Positions 49,178 to 58,047 of a stretch of 64,000 nt of DNA are shown here, piece by piece; the stretch's first letter is position 1, and each line of letters starts with the position of its first letter. The stretch covers positions 26 through 64,025 of the forward strand of contig JAKANS010000008.1 of NCBI GenBank assembly GCA_021823625.1. The letters are read 5' to 3'. This DNA comes from a bacterium. Lineage in GTDB: Bacteria > Verrucomicrobiota > Verrucomicrobiia > Limisphaerales > J093. The notes below the pieces were generated by a model, which had not been told where the DNA came from, ran no database searches, and saw only the letters and a program-made list of their open reading frames with translations. Position numbers and translations under genes: made by a program.

Positions 49178-52150
49178 TTAATACGCTATCTTGCAGGTGT
49201 CCACGTCTGCCAGGCCATCCGGGTAAATGGCTGGCGTGTTCGCCCTGGTCGCCCAGACCGGGAAGAGGAAGCCTGATATACAGGCCAACCCCGTATAGTC
49301 ACCATAGTCACCTGGACTCGATGCGGCGGAGGTGAGGCGGACATTGGGGACAGGCCATCTGGTAAACCCATCCCCACTAACCGCCGCATAGAAATGAGCT
49401 TGCGCATTGTTCGGATCCAGACGGCAATCCAGCCAACTCACCGCCGCCACCCCAGTTAGCGGATCGACAACAACCCGTGGGTGGAACTGAGTCGCGCCGT
49501 TTTGGTCGTCGGATCCTGAGTTTACGCGGAACGCCGAAGACCAAGTCACCCCGGCATCGGTCGAAATTCGCAACAGCACGTCCACGTTGTTTGTGTTGCT
49601 TGGCGTGGGCCGGTCAGCATAGGTTAAGTAGAGACGGTTTCTAGAAGAGGCGTCCCATGCCAGACAAGGAAAAGGGGATATAGCCCCTAGCAGATCCGCC
49701 TCGTCGCAAGCCGGTAACAACGCTCCAAACCCCAAGTTGATTGGGAAAGTTCCGTGGTCCTGAAACGCTAGACCATCGGCGAGGCCGTTAGAGTCGGATG
49801 CCCAACCCAGCACATTAGGTGGTGTCGCGGGCGGGGGACCGCCCAAAATGGAAGTGAAGTCGTAAACCATGCTGACGTGAGCCACCACGACCTGTCCCGA
49901 AGGCCCTACCGCGATGCTGGAAGGGATATGCTCAGCACTGTTGGGAATCTGAATCGACTGCCAATTCCCACTGACAGAGCCCACCCCCAGGCCGGTTACA
50001 GTCGTGCCGAAGACACTCACTACACCGACCGGGTTGTAAACACTTAGCCAGACACTCTGCGTGCCAGTCCCGCTGGGACCAGTCGCGAGGCGCGGGAGGT
50101 CAAAAGTCCCTGCCATGGGAAATGCGGGGGCGAGCGCAAAGCTCAGACCGTTATCAATGCTGACGTAAAGTGCCATCCCGCGGTTATACTCTCTTGTCAA
50201 GTACGTCAGAAACAGATTACCATAGATATCATACGCCAAAGCAGGGTCGGAAAATGCCTGCGCCATCCCGTCGTTGCCATCGGCGATGACAGTAGCGGTC
50301 CAGGTACTCCCCCCATCGCTACTGAGAGCCTTCACCAGACCGGCGTGGTGGTCACCGCCACTTACTATGTTCATCGCCACGACCACGATATTGTTTCCCT
50401 TCACCGCCACTGCCGGCTCCTGTTGGCGGTATTGGCGATAGGTCGTGTTAGCCACGCCGCGGTTGAACACATCGCAATCCGCGGGTGCCAGGCTCCCGTA
50501 CACGGTGACCGGGTGGTACGGGTCCGTGTAATAATCCGGAAACAAGCCGCACTTGGTCGAGTTGTCCAGCGTCAGGGCACAGTGCAGCAGGCCGAAGCCG
50601 AGTTGGCAGTATTCGACGCGGGTGTCGCGCAACGCGTGGGTGAACGAATAATCGCTGCCGGTGTCGAATTGGAGACCCTTCTGAGCCCAGCGGATGCGCA
50701 GATTCCGCAGTTCCACGGCGTTGGTGTGGTAGTACGCCCAAAGCGCCGGAAGCGCAGAGAAGGATGGCAGCCCGGTGCTCCCAACGATCTTTTCCCCGAA
50801 TAGATCGTCGTCCTTGGACGTGAATGCGGCTGGCGTGGTGCCGGAGGCCGGGCACACGACCGGGCCGTAGAAGTAAAAGTACGCGTTGGGGGCGGACTTT
50901 ATCGTGGCGTTGAGCTGGATGGTATTGGTGCCTGGACCCACGCCAAAGCCGCTTGAAATATAGTAGGTTGCGTTGCTCGCGAAGGTGTAGCTGCTGACTC
51001 CGCCGCTAAGCGTGAAATAGTCCAGCACGAATCCCCTCGCCGAGTAGGGCAGGCTGGCGGTGCGCACCCGGCCGCTGCGGGCCGATGCTGTTCTTGCCAG
51101 CGGCAGTTTCCGGCCAGACGTTAGGGCCGCTGAGCGCCCCGCACCCGTCGTCACCGCTGCGGTCTGGGGCAGGGCCGCCAGGGCTTTGTTCACGTCCGGC
51201 CAGTTGGCCGCCTCCACCAAGAGCTGGCGGCCGTCCACCTGAAGCCAGCGTTTGCCCACGCACAGGCCGCCGCCATCAGGATCGGACAGGCGGACCTCTG
51301 CCGCCACCTTCGAATCGCGCACGGGTCCGTCTCCCACCGCGAACGCCGCACCCACCGGAAAGAGCAGATCGCCGAAGTCCAGAATCTCGTCTCTCAGGTC
51401 CGGCTCAACCATTTGCGCCCGTCGCCCGGCATCGGTCTCAGCTTGGACGATGTGACTCCGTCGGGCCGGGTTCGCCGGTGCTTCCAGGAATTCCGTCCAC
51501 ACCTCGAGGCGGGTCGTCGCCGGATCGAAACCGAAATCCTGGGGAACCGCCTTGGGTTTTCCACGCAGGATGACCTCCTGTTCGAAGCCGCCAGGGGCGT
51601 AAGTGTACCGGACATCGGCCAGAACGGCGTCGCCGAAAGCATTCGGATAAACAAGCTGGTTGGGTGGGTAGAGTTCGCCGAAGGAATTTTGCACCGGCGC
51701 GAAGAGCACGCTCCGGCCGGAGGCAGCATCGAAGTACGCCAGCCCGATGACCTGGCTCACGAATGGTTGGCCCTGCGGCGAGGTCAGACGAACCGCTCCG
51801 CGGCCGTTCAGGTTGGCGGCAAAGGAAACCTTGTGTTGCCCATGCGTGGCTTCAGCGCCATCCGTCGTCGCCTCGATCAAAGCCTGCGACTCGGCCCAGC
51901 CTGCGCCATCCCAGTAATGCAAGCCGTTCGCAAGCTCGGTATAGGCGCTGGTCGTGGTCGTGACCTCGCCCGTCACTGCATTTGTCTGAAGCACCTGCCT
52001 TTGCCAGACGCGATAAAAAGGTCCGCGCTCGATTATCGTTGCCGGCGGTGTTGAAGCATCGGTTGCCGCTACAACCGTGAGCTGCGCCCACAACAGAACC
52101 GCGCCCAGCGACCGACGCACGCGTTTACTTCCATCCCTGTTTGTTTTCAT
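49178..52150 (-). CDS. Large secreted protein with a C-terminal BNR/Asp-box (sialidase-like) propeller
   Basis: 990 aa with a signal-like N-terminus; Asp boxes SSDGGSTW, SIDNGLSF, STDAGVTW; GDYGDYTG near the end. Confidence 0.75.
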   Translation of the reverse strand: MKTNRDGSKRVRRSLGAVLLWAQLTVVAATDASTPPATIIERGPFYRVWQRQVLQTNAVTGEVTTTTSAYTELANGLHYWDGAGWAESQALIEATTDGAEATHGQHKVSFAANLNGRGAVRLTSPQGQPFVSQVIGLAYFDAASGRSVLFAPVQNSFGELYPPNQLVYPNAFGDAVLADVRYTYAPGGFEQEVILRGKPKAVPQDFGFDPATTRLEVWTEFLEAPANPARRSHIVQAETDAGRRAQMVEPDLRDEILDFGDLLFPVGAAFAVGDGPVRDSKVAAEVRLSDPDGGGLCVGKRWLQVDGRQLLVEAANWPDVNKALAALPQTAAVTTGAGRSAALTSGRKLPLARTASARSGRVRTASLPYSARGFVLDYFTLSGGVSSYTFASNATYYISSGFGVGPGTNTIQLNATIKSAPNAYFYFYGPVVCPASGTTPAAFTSKDDDLFGEKIVGSTGLPSFSALPALWAYYHTNAVELRNLRIRWAQKGLQFDTGSDYSFTHALRDTRVEYCQLGFGLLHCALTLDNSTKCGLFPDYYTDPYHPVTVYGSLAPADCDVFNRGVANTTYRQYRQQEPAVAVKGNNIVVVAMNIVSGGDHHAGLVKALSSDGGSTWTATVIADGNDGMAQAFSDPALAYDIYGNLFLTYLTREYNRGMALYVSIDNGLSFALAPAFPMAGTFDLPRLATGPSGTGTQSVWLSVYNPVGVVSVFGTTVTGLGVGSVSGNWQSIQIPNSAEHIPSSIAVGPSGQVVVAHVSMVYDFTSILGGPPPATPPNVLGWASDSNGLADGLAFQDHGTFPINLGFGALLPACDEADLLGAISPFPCLAWDASSRNRLYLTYADRPTPSNTNNVDVLLRISTDAGVTWSSAFRVNSGSDDQNGATQFHPRVVVDPLTGVAAVSWLDCRLDPNNAQAHFYAAVSGDGFTRWPVPNVRLTSAASSPGDYGDYTGLACISGFLFPVWATRANTPAIYPDGLADVDTCKIAY

Positions 52151-52174
52151 GGCTTGGCTTTCTGAGCTGCATTC

Positions 52175-52203
52175 CGTCTACTCGGGCCAGCCAAGAGCGT
52201 CAA
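52175..52203 (-). promoter_or_regulatory. Putative sigma70 promoter of the surface-protein operon
   Basis: Minus strand TTGACG-17 nt-TAGACG, about 25 nt before the ATG. Confidence 0.45.
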
Positions 52204-52230
52204 CCCTTTTTTCTGTCGGTCATTCCACGG

Positions 52231-52362
52231 GGGCGCATCTCACTTTCTTGCACACCCTCCATTTTCCGAGGGAATTCACATGATTTCACCCAGAGATCCC
52301 AAGGCAAATCTCCGGTTTTCCTCGGAATTCCCACCGGAGTTGCAAGAAAGTGAGATGCGCCC
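52231..52362. mobile_element. 132 bp MITE-like element with perfect 22 bp terminal inverted repeats
   Basis: GGGCGCATCTCACTTTCTTGCA (52231-52252) / TGCAAGAAAGTGAGATGCGCCC (52341-52362); inner TTCCGAGG/CCTCGGAA. Confidence 0.75.
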
Positions 52363-52520
52363 TATTCCCGATCTTCCGGCACTTACACGCTGTTCGCTGC
52401 ATGAAACGATACATGCCGGTTCTGAGCGACCCGGCGGTCGCTTCTAGTCGGGGTTGGATAATTGGACTGTCCCGCGTCCGTGTCTTGCCCGGCGCTGGCC
52501 CTGTGCCGGAGCGAGGGGCG

Positions 52521-52588
52521 GCGATCCTCAGGCGCACCAAGCCCGGCGGCGGTCCGGCAACTGGGCGATCACGTCGTTCGCGTGCGCC
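52521..52588. repeat. 68 bp direct repeat of the 3' end of the gene at 53049-54047 (other copy 53042-53109)
   Basis: GCGATCCTCA(G/A)GCGCACCAAGCCCGGCGGCGGTCCGGCAA(C/T)TGGGCGATCACGTCGTTCGCGTGCGCC, two mismatches. Confidence 0.9.
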
Positions 52589-52629
52589 GGAGCGGTTTTG
52601 GGTTCGAGCGGATGCGTTAGGTCTTGGGG

Positions 52630-53037
52630 TCATCGGGGACGCGGCCGATCGTCCCACCACCGAAGGTAACGCGCATACAGACCGTCGTAACCACTGGCGG
52701 AGCCGATCAGAAAGGCCGGGAGATAGATCGAACTAACCCACGCCGGATAACGAACCGTGCGCACCGAGGTAATCCCGGGCCCAGCAGAAGTGGGACCGGT
52801 GGTGATTACCGTGCCACAGTAACGCCTCACCGGGCCGAAGCTCAGCAGGTATAAACCGCCGACAAGGAGGATCGTGCAAACGGTGCGCAGCGAGATTCCC
52901 AGCCACTCCCGGCCAGCCTCGTCCTGGCTCTCGAGTGGCCGCGCAGCAGGTTCCTTCTTTGCCAGCGCTGTCCCGCACTCCAGGCAGTCCGCCGCTTCCT
53001 CCCCGTTCTCGCGGCCACAGTACGGGCACTTCCTCAT
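52630..53037 (-). CDS. Zinc-ribbon membrane protein
   Basis: MRKCPYCG...CLECG followed by a hydrophobic helix (ILLVGGLYLLSFGP). Confidence 0.75.
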   Translation of the reverse strand: MRKCPYCGRENGEEAADCLECGTALAKKEPAARPLESQDEAGREWLGISLRTVCTILLVGGLYLLSFGPVRRYCGTVITTGPTSAGPGITSVRTVRYPAWVSSIYLPAFLIGSASGYDGLYARYLRWWDDRPRPR

Positions 53038-53048
53038 GACTGCGATCC

Positions 53049-54047
53049 TCAAGCGCACCAAGCCCGGCGGCGGTCCGGCAATTGGGCGATCACGTCGTTC
53101 GCGTGCGCCACGTCCTCCGCGACCTGGAAATCGAACATGCCCACGCAGGCGAAGTCCGCGCCGTTGCGGTACGCAAAATCGAGGCCCACCTTGGGTGCGA
53201 TGGCGCCGGCGGCGAGCACCTTGTAGGCGATCCACGGCTTCTCGATCTTTTGCATCACGGCGATCGTCCGCTCCGGGTCCATGTCGAAATAGTTGTCGGT
53301 GGCGTAATTCTCGATCACCGGCTGGTTCTGGTCCGGCCGCCGGGCGGACCAGTATTTGTTGTGGTGCAGCGTCTTCATATAGAAGTCCACCGGGATGCGC
53401 GCGCCCTCCACCGCTTCCACCATTTCGATCGAGTGACCGGCCACGCCAGTAATGACGCCGTGCCGGTGAACCAGATCGATAAACTGGCCGATCAAATCCA
53501 GGCGCTTGTCGAACGACCAGCGGTCGCCCACATTGCCGACAATGAACACGCCCGAAGCCGCGTCGTCCACCGCCTGCTTGATCACCTCGTCCATCTTGTC
53601 CTCGTCCGGCACGGCCTGGGCGAGCCATTGCATCCGGCCCCCACGCTCCTGGCGGTAGCGCTGGAACAACTTCACCGCGCGCACGTTGTCCGGGTTGACG
53701 ATCATGGTGTTGATGCCGTGCTCCTCGCAGATTTGCCAGGTGTCCATCACCTTCTCGTCGGTGAAATAGTGATTGAGCAGCGAGGAAACGTAGATGAGGT
53801 CGCGCGAGTGGGCGTAGCCGCCGATGAGGTTGCCGCCGCAGATCAACCGGCTGATCTCCACCTTGCCAATCTTGCCCGTCTCGATCTTGGCCACGGGCTT
53901 GATCGCGGACCGGGGCTCCGAACCGGCCGCGGCCAGGATGCGTTCTTCAAAGCTGAAGGCCGTGGCCGCGGCGGCCACCGTGCCCAGAAAACCGCGACGC
54001 GTCACGTCGGTCCTGCAGGGGGTGGGGCAAGTGCGAAGTGCTTTCAT
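53049..54047 (-). CDS. Tat-exported aldo/keto reductase-like oxidoreductase
   Basis: TRRGFLG, ISRLICGGNLIGG, KPWIAYKVLAAG, VGMFDFQ. Confidence 0.8.
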   Translation of the reverse strand: MKALRTCPTPCRTDVTRRGFLGTVAAAATAFSFEERILAAAGSEPRSAIKPVAKIETGKIGKVEISRLICGGNLIGGYAHSRDLIYVSSLLNHYFTDEKVMDTWQICEEHGINTMIVNPDNVRAVKLFQRYRQERGGRMQWLAQAVPDEDKMDEVIKQAVDDAASGVFIVGNVGDRWSFDKRLDLIGQFIDLVHRHGVITGVAGHSIEMVEAVEGARIPVDFYMKTLHHNKYWSARRPDQNQPVIENYATDNYFDMDPERTIAVMQKIEKPWIAYKVLAAGAIAPKVGLDFAYRNGADFACVGMFDFQVAEDVAHANDVIAQLPDRRRAWCA

Positions 54048-54268
54048 GGCGCATTGTTAACGCGTTCAAGAGCCGTGAGCAAACCTTAAATTCGCATTCG
54101 CTTCCCGGATGTTTGCTGGTGTCGGACCGACTTCCCGCGCGAGACGCTCCGTCGGTGGCTCGATGTCGGTTTGCGCGTGCTCCCAAGGGTTTTCCCCGAG
54201 AGCGGCCGCGCCGCCGGCAAGCCGCGGCACGGCCCCAAGGATTCCGGCGAATGTGGCGATTAGAACGA

Positions 54269-54282
54269 TTGATCTGCATCAA
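54269..54282. promoter_or_regulatory. FNR/Dnr-type (Crp/Fnr family) binding site
   Basis: Perfect TTGAT-CTGC-ATCAA, 41 nt upstream of the first nos-operon ATG. Confidence 0.8.
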
Positions 54283-54323
54283 TGAACCGTCGCCGCGCTC
54301 CCCATAGAGTTGGGGGCGTGACA

Positions 54324-55544
54324 ATGAAGCGTCTTCTCTGGGCTGGTCCGAGCCTGTTGCTGCTGTCCGCCGGATGTGGCCGGCAGCCGATTCCCGCGGA
54401 ATCAGTCGCCGCCCCCAAGCCCCCGCCGTCACCCGCCGCTGCCGCCATCGCGCCGGTGACCTTCTCGGACTACCCGGTGCCGGCGAAGCCCGGTGTCACG
54501 CCTGAATTTCTTGCCCGCGGCCGGCAGATGTTCGACCAGAACTGCGCCGCCTGCCACGGCCCCAAAGGCGACGGCCACGGCGTGTGCAGCAACTTCCTGG
54601 TCCCGCGCCCGCGCGATTTCACCCAGGCCCATTACCGTCTTCGCAGCACGCCCACGGGCAATCTGCCCACGGACGCCGACCTGTTCCGCGCCGTCTCGCT
54701 CGGGCTGTCCGGCACGCCGATGCCGCCGTGGCGCTACCTGCTCAACGAGACGGACCGCTGGGCGGTGGTGGAGTACGTGAAGACCCTCTCCCCGCGCTTT
54801 GCCGATCCGAAGGAAGACCGCACAACCTTGGTGCAGTTGGGCGATCCACCGCCGCGCAATGAGGCGGCCATCGCCGACGGCAGGGCCCTTTACACCAAGA
54901 TGGGCTGCTACAATTGCCACGGAGCCTCGGGGCAGGGCGACGGTCCCTCCGCATTGAACCTGACCGATGACACCGGCCAGCACATTCCCGCGCGGGATTT
55001 CTCCAAGCCGAGCGGTTTTAAGGCCGGTTACGCCACCAGAGAGGTCGTCCGCGGTTTCCTGACCGGTTTCGACGGCACGCCGATGCCAAGTTTCGAGAGT
55101 GCGATGTCCAAGACGGAGGCGTGGAAGCTGGCCTACTACGTGGAAACGCTGGTCAAGCCGCCCGTGGTGCCGGTGGCGCGGGCCTCGCAAGGCTTCAGGA
55201 ATCACGAAGAACTCGGCGCGCCGGACGTCAAGATCAAGCTCACCGAGCGCGCCTGGCATTACGTGCCGGATGAAATCCACGTCCAGAAGGGCCAGATCGT
55301 GGAGGTCACCTTCGAACCGACCGACAACGGCCTGGGCGCCGGCCACGGTTTCGCCGTCAGCAGCTACGACGAGGTGGCTTTCATCAACGGCGCGATGGTG
55401 GGCGCGCCCAAGACTGTGAAATTCCGCGCCGACCGCGCCGGCAAGTTCACGTTCTACTGCGCCACGCAATGCTCCACTGACAAACTGCACCCGCTCATGA
55501 ACGGGACGTTGTTCGTGGAAGACACGAAGCCGGCTACGAACTGA
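54324..55544 (+). CDS. Lipoprotein diheme cytochrome c fused to a C-terminal CuA-like cupredoxin domain
   Basis: Lipobox LSAGC; CAACH and CYNCH with GTPMP distal Met motifs; GHGF...YCATQCSTDKLHPLM. Confidence 0.88.
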   Translation: MKRLLWAGPSLLLLSAGCGRQPIPAESVAAPKPPPSPAAAAIAPVTFSDYPVPAKPGVTPEFLARGRQMFDQNCAACHGPKGDGHGVCSNFLVPRPRDFTQAHYRLRSTPTGNLPTDADLFRAVSLGLSGTPMPPWRYLLNETDRWAVVEYVKTLSPRFADPKEDRTTLVQLGDPPPRNEAAIADGRALYTKMGCYNCHGASGQGDGPSALNLTDDTGQHIPARDFSKPSGFKAGYATREVVRGFLTGFDGTPMPSFESAMSKTEAWKLAYYVETLVKPPVVPVARASQGFRNHEELGAPDVKIKLTERAWHYVPDEIHVQKGQIVEVTFEPTDNGLGAGHGFAVSSYDEVAFINGAMVGAPKTVKFRADRAGKFTFYCATQCSTDKLHPLMNGTLFVEDTKPATN

Positions 55545-55577
55545 TGCCACCCTTTCAGTCCCGTTGAGTTTGCTCCC

Positions 55578-57413
55578 ATGAATAACATTCTCACTCTCAC
55601 TTTCGCGGCGGTCCTGGCGCTGACCTTCACCGCCTGCGACTCCGGCTCCCGTCCTCAACCGCAAAAAGGCGGTGCACGCCAGGTTTCCGATGCCGAGCGC
55701 GTCTATGTCGCGCCGGGCAAGCTGGACGACTACTACGCGTTCCTCAGCGGTGGACAGAGCGGCAGCGTCTTTGTCTATGGCATTCCGTCGTGCCGCTTCC
55801 TCAAGGAGATCCCGATCTTTGAACCGCGCGCCGGGCTGGGTTACGCCAACAACCCCGGCTCGGAAAGCTACCGTCGCCTGCACGAGACCGGGCCGATGTG
55901 GGGCGACACCCACCATCCGGTGCTCAGTCAGACGGAGGGCCGCTACGACGGGCGCTGGCTGTGGATCAACGACAAGGCCAACGGCCGCGTGGCGCGCATC
56001 GATCTCCGCACCTTCGAAACCGCGGTGATCAAGCGCGTGCCCAACATCCAAGGCGCGCACGGCCTCGCCGCCTGCCTGCCGTCCTGCAAATACGTCTTCG
56101 TGAACGGTGAGTTGGAGCACGATCTGGCGGACTCGACGGACGCGACGAAGTACCATTCGCTGATCGCGTTCCTCGACGGCGAATCCTTGGAGACCCGGTT
56201 CGAGGTCGCGTTCGTCGGCAACGCGGACATTGCCAGTTCGGGCAAGGACGGCCGCTACGTTTTCTCCACCATGTATAACTCCGAGAATGCCGTCACCAGC
56301 GAAGGCATGATCGAGCGCGACCGGGATGCCGTCGTCGCCATCGACGTACCGCTGGCGGAGAAGGCACTGGCGGACGGCAAGTTTACGCGCGTCAAAGGCG
56401 TTCCCGTGATCAAGCCTGAGGACGTGCCGGGGCTGCTCACGCTCATCCCGGTGCCGAAGAATCCCCACGGCTGCAACGTCACGCCCGATGGCAAATACGT
56501 TCTGGCCAGCGGCAAGCTCTCGCCTACCGTCACGATCATCGACGCGCACACGCTCAAGGTGGTCGCCGAGCCGGAAGTCGGTCTCGGCCCGCTGCACACC
56601 ACGTTCGACGGCCGGGGCAATGCTTACACCTCTCTCTTCATCGACTCCCAGATCGTGAAGTGGAACATCGAGAAAGCCATCAAAGGCGACCCGACTTACA
56701 TCGTGGACCGTGTCGATGTTCACTACAACGTCGGCCACACCAAGGCGGCCGGCGCGGACTCCAGTTATCCCAGCGGCGACTGGCTGATCTCGCTGAACAA
56801 GCTCAGCAAGGGCATGTATCTGCCGGTGGGGCCGGCCATGCCGGAGTCGCAGGAGTTGATCGACATCTCCGGCGAGAAGATGCACCTGGTCGCGGCCTTC
56901 GCCTCACTCCCGGAACCCCACGACGCCGTGTTCATGCCCCGCCAGACGCTGGCCGACAAGGTGGTGCAAACCTACGAGCCGGCGCCGGCCGCCGTGAAGC
57001 TGGGCGAGGAGAAGATCGTTCGCAACGGCAACAAGGTGGATGTCTATATGACCTGCATCCGCTCGAAGTTTGTGCCGGAGCAATTCGAGGTGCATCCCAA
57101 CGACGAGGTAACGATTCATCTCACCAACGTTGAAACCATCCGCGACATGACGCACGGCTTCGCGCTCAGCGATCATGGCATCAACATCGCGGTCGATCCC
57201 GGCCAGACCCAGGTGGTGAGTTTCAACGCCGGCCCGCGAGGCACTTATTGGTACTACTGCACCTGGTTCTGCTCGGCCCTGCATTTGGAGATGCGCGGGC
57301 GCATGTTGGTCAAGGCTCCCAACGAACCGCTGAGCGACAGCATCGCCCCGCCGCCGCCGACCCAGGCAAAGGCGCAAGACACCGACAAGAAAGCGAGTGT
57401 CTCCTATGAGTAA
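55578..57413 (+). CDS. nosZ: Nitrous-oxide reductase, Sec/lipoprotein signal (clade II-like)
   Basis: CuZ His motifs DTHH, GAHG, NPHG, GPLH, VGH, EPHD; CuA THGF...CTWFCSALHLEM; LTFTAC lipobox and no twin-arginine. Confidence 0.96.
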   Translation: MNNILTLTFAAVLALTFTACDSGSRPQPQKGGARQVSDAERVYVAPGKLDDYYAFLSGGQSGSVFVYGIPSCRFLKEIPIFEPRAGLGYANNPGSESYRRLHETGPMWGDTHHPVLSQTEGRYDGRWLWINDKANGRVARIDLRTFETAVIKRVPNIQGAHGLAACLPSCKYVFVNGELEHDLADSTDATKYHSLIAFLDGESLETRFEVAFVGNADIASSGKDGRYVFSTMYNSENAVTSEGMIERDRDAVVAIDVPLAEKALADGKFTRVKGVPVIKPEDVPGLLTLIPVPKNPHGCNVTPDGKYVLASGKLSPTVTIIDAHTLKVVAEPEVGLGPLHTTFDGRGNAYTSLFIDSQIVKWNIEKAIKGDPTYIVDRVDVHYNVGHTKAAGADSSYPSGDWLISLNKLSKGMYLPVGPAMPESQELIDISGEKMHLVAAFASLPEPHDAVFMPRQTLADKVVQTYEPAPAAVKLGEEKIVRNGNKVDVYMTCIRSKFVPEQFEVHPNDEVTIHLTNVETIRDMTHGFALSDHGINIAVDPGQTQVVSFNAGPRGTYWYYCTWFCSALHLEMRGRMLVKAPNEPLSDSIAPPPPTQAKAQDTDKKASVSYE

Positions 57414-58047
57414 ACCCTCCCGATTCCCCCGACTGGCGATCTTGCCGGCGCTCGCCGCCAGTGGACTGCTTGTGGTCAGCTTGAAATTCCCGCTTTGGCA
57501 CATCCGCATGGAAGCGCCGCAATACCAGGGCCGGGAGGCGTTGCGCGTCGAGGTACTACCCGGCTCGATGCGGGGCAACCTCGACGAAATCCGGGTGCTC
57601 AACCAGTACATCGGCGTGCAGGTACCCGACCACCTGCCGCAGACGCGCTGGTTGCCGGTCGCTCTTCTCGCCGGTGCAGCCCTGGGTTTGGGAGCAGCGT
57701 TTCTGCCACGCAAGATCCGTCGCTTCGCCGCCCTGGGCGTGGCCACTTATTTGACGATCGCGATGCTCGCCGCCGCCGGCCAGGCGCAATGGCAGATGCA
57801 TCAGATTGGACACAACCGCAACCACCACGCCGCACTCGCCGGCGTAAAAGACTTTACGCCGCCTTTGCTCGGTTCGACCAAGCTGGCCAACTTCGAGTTG
57901 CAGTCGGGTCTCGGACTCGGTTCGTTTTTCATCGCGGGTGCGGTCGCCTGTTATGCCGGAATCGGACTGGCCAAGCGGCATTCGCGCCGGCTTGTTCCCA
58001 CCTGTGAGACCCCCGCTGAGCCCGCACCTGCCGAGGCCGTCGCATGA
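57406..58047 (+). CDS. nosB: NosB-like membrane protein of clade II nos clusters
   Basis: PLWHIRMEAPQY...NQYIG, PPLLGSTKLANF, four hydrophobic segments; directly follows nosZ. Confidence 0.75.
   Translation: MSKPSRFPRLAILPALAASGLLVVSLKFPLWHIRMEAPQYQGREALRVEVLPGSMRGNLDEIRVLNQYIGVQVPDHLPQTRWLPVALLAGAALGLGAAFLPRKIRRFAALGVATYLTIAMLAAAGQAQWQMHQIGHNRNHHAALAGVKDFTPPLLGSTKLANFELQSGLGLGSFFIAGAVACYAGIGLAKRHSRRLVPTCETPAEPAPAEAVA

Noticed and set aside
55578..57413. Non-canonical (lactonase-type) N2O reductase
   Set aside because: The canonical CuZ His set and CuA motif are present, together with nosD, nosF and nosY.
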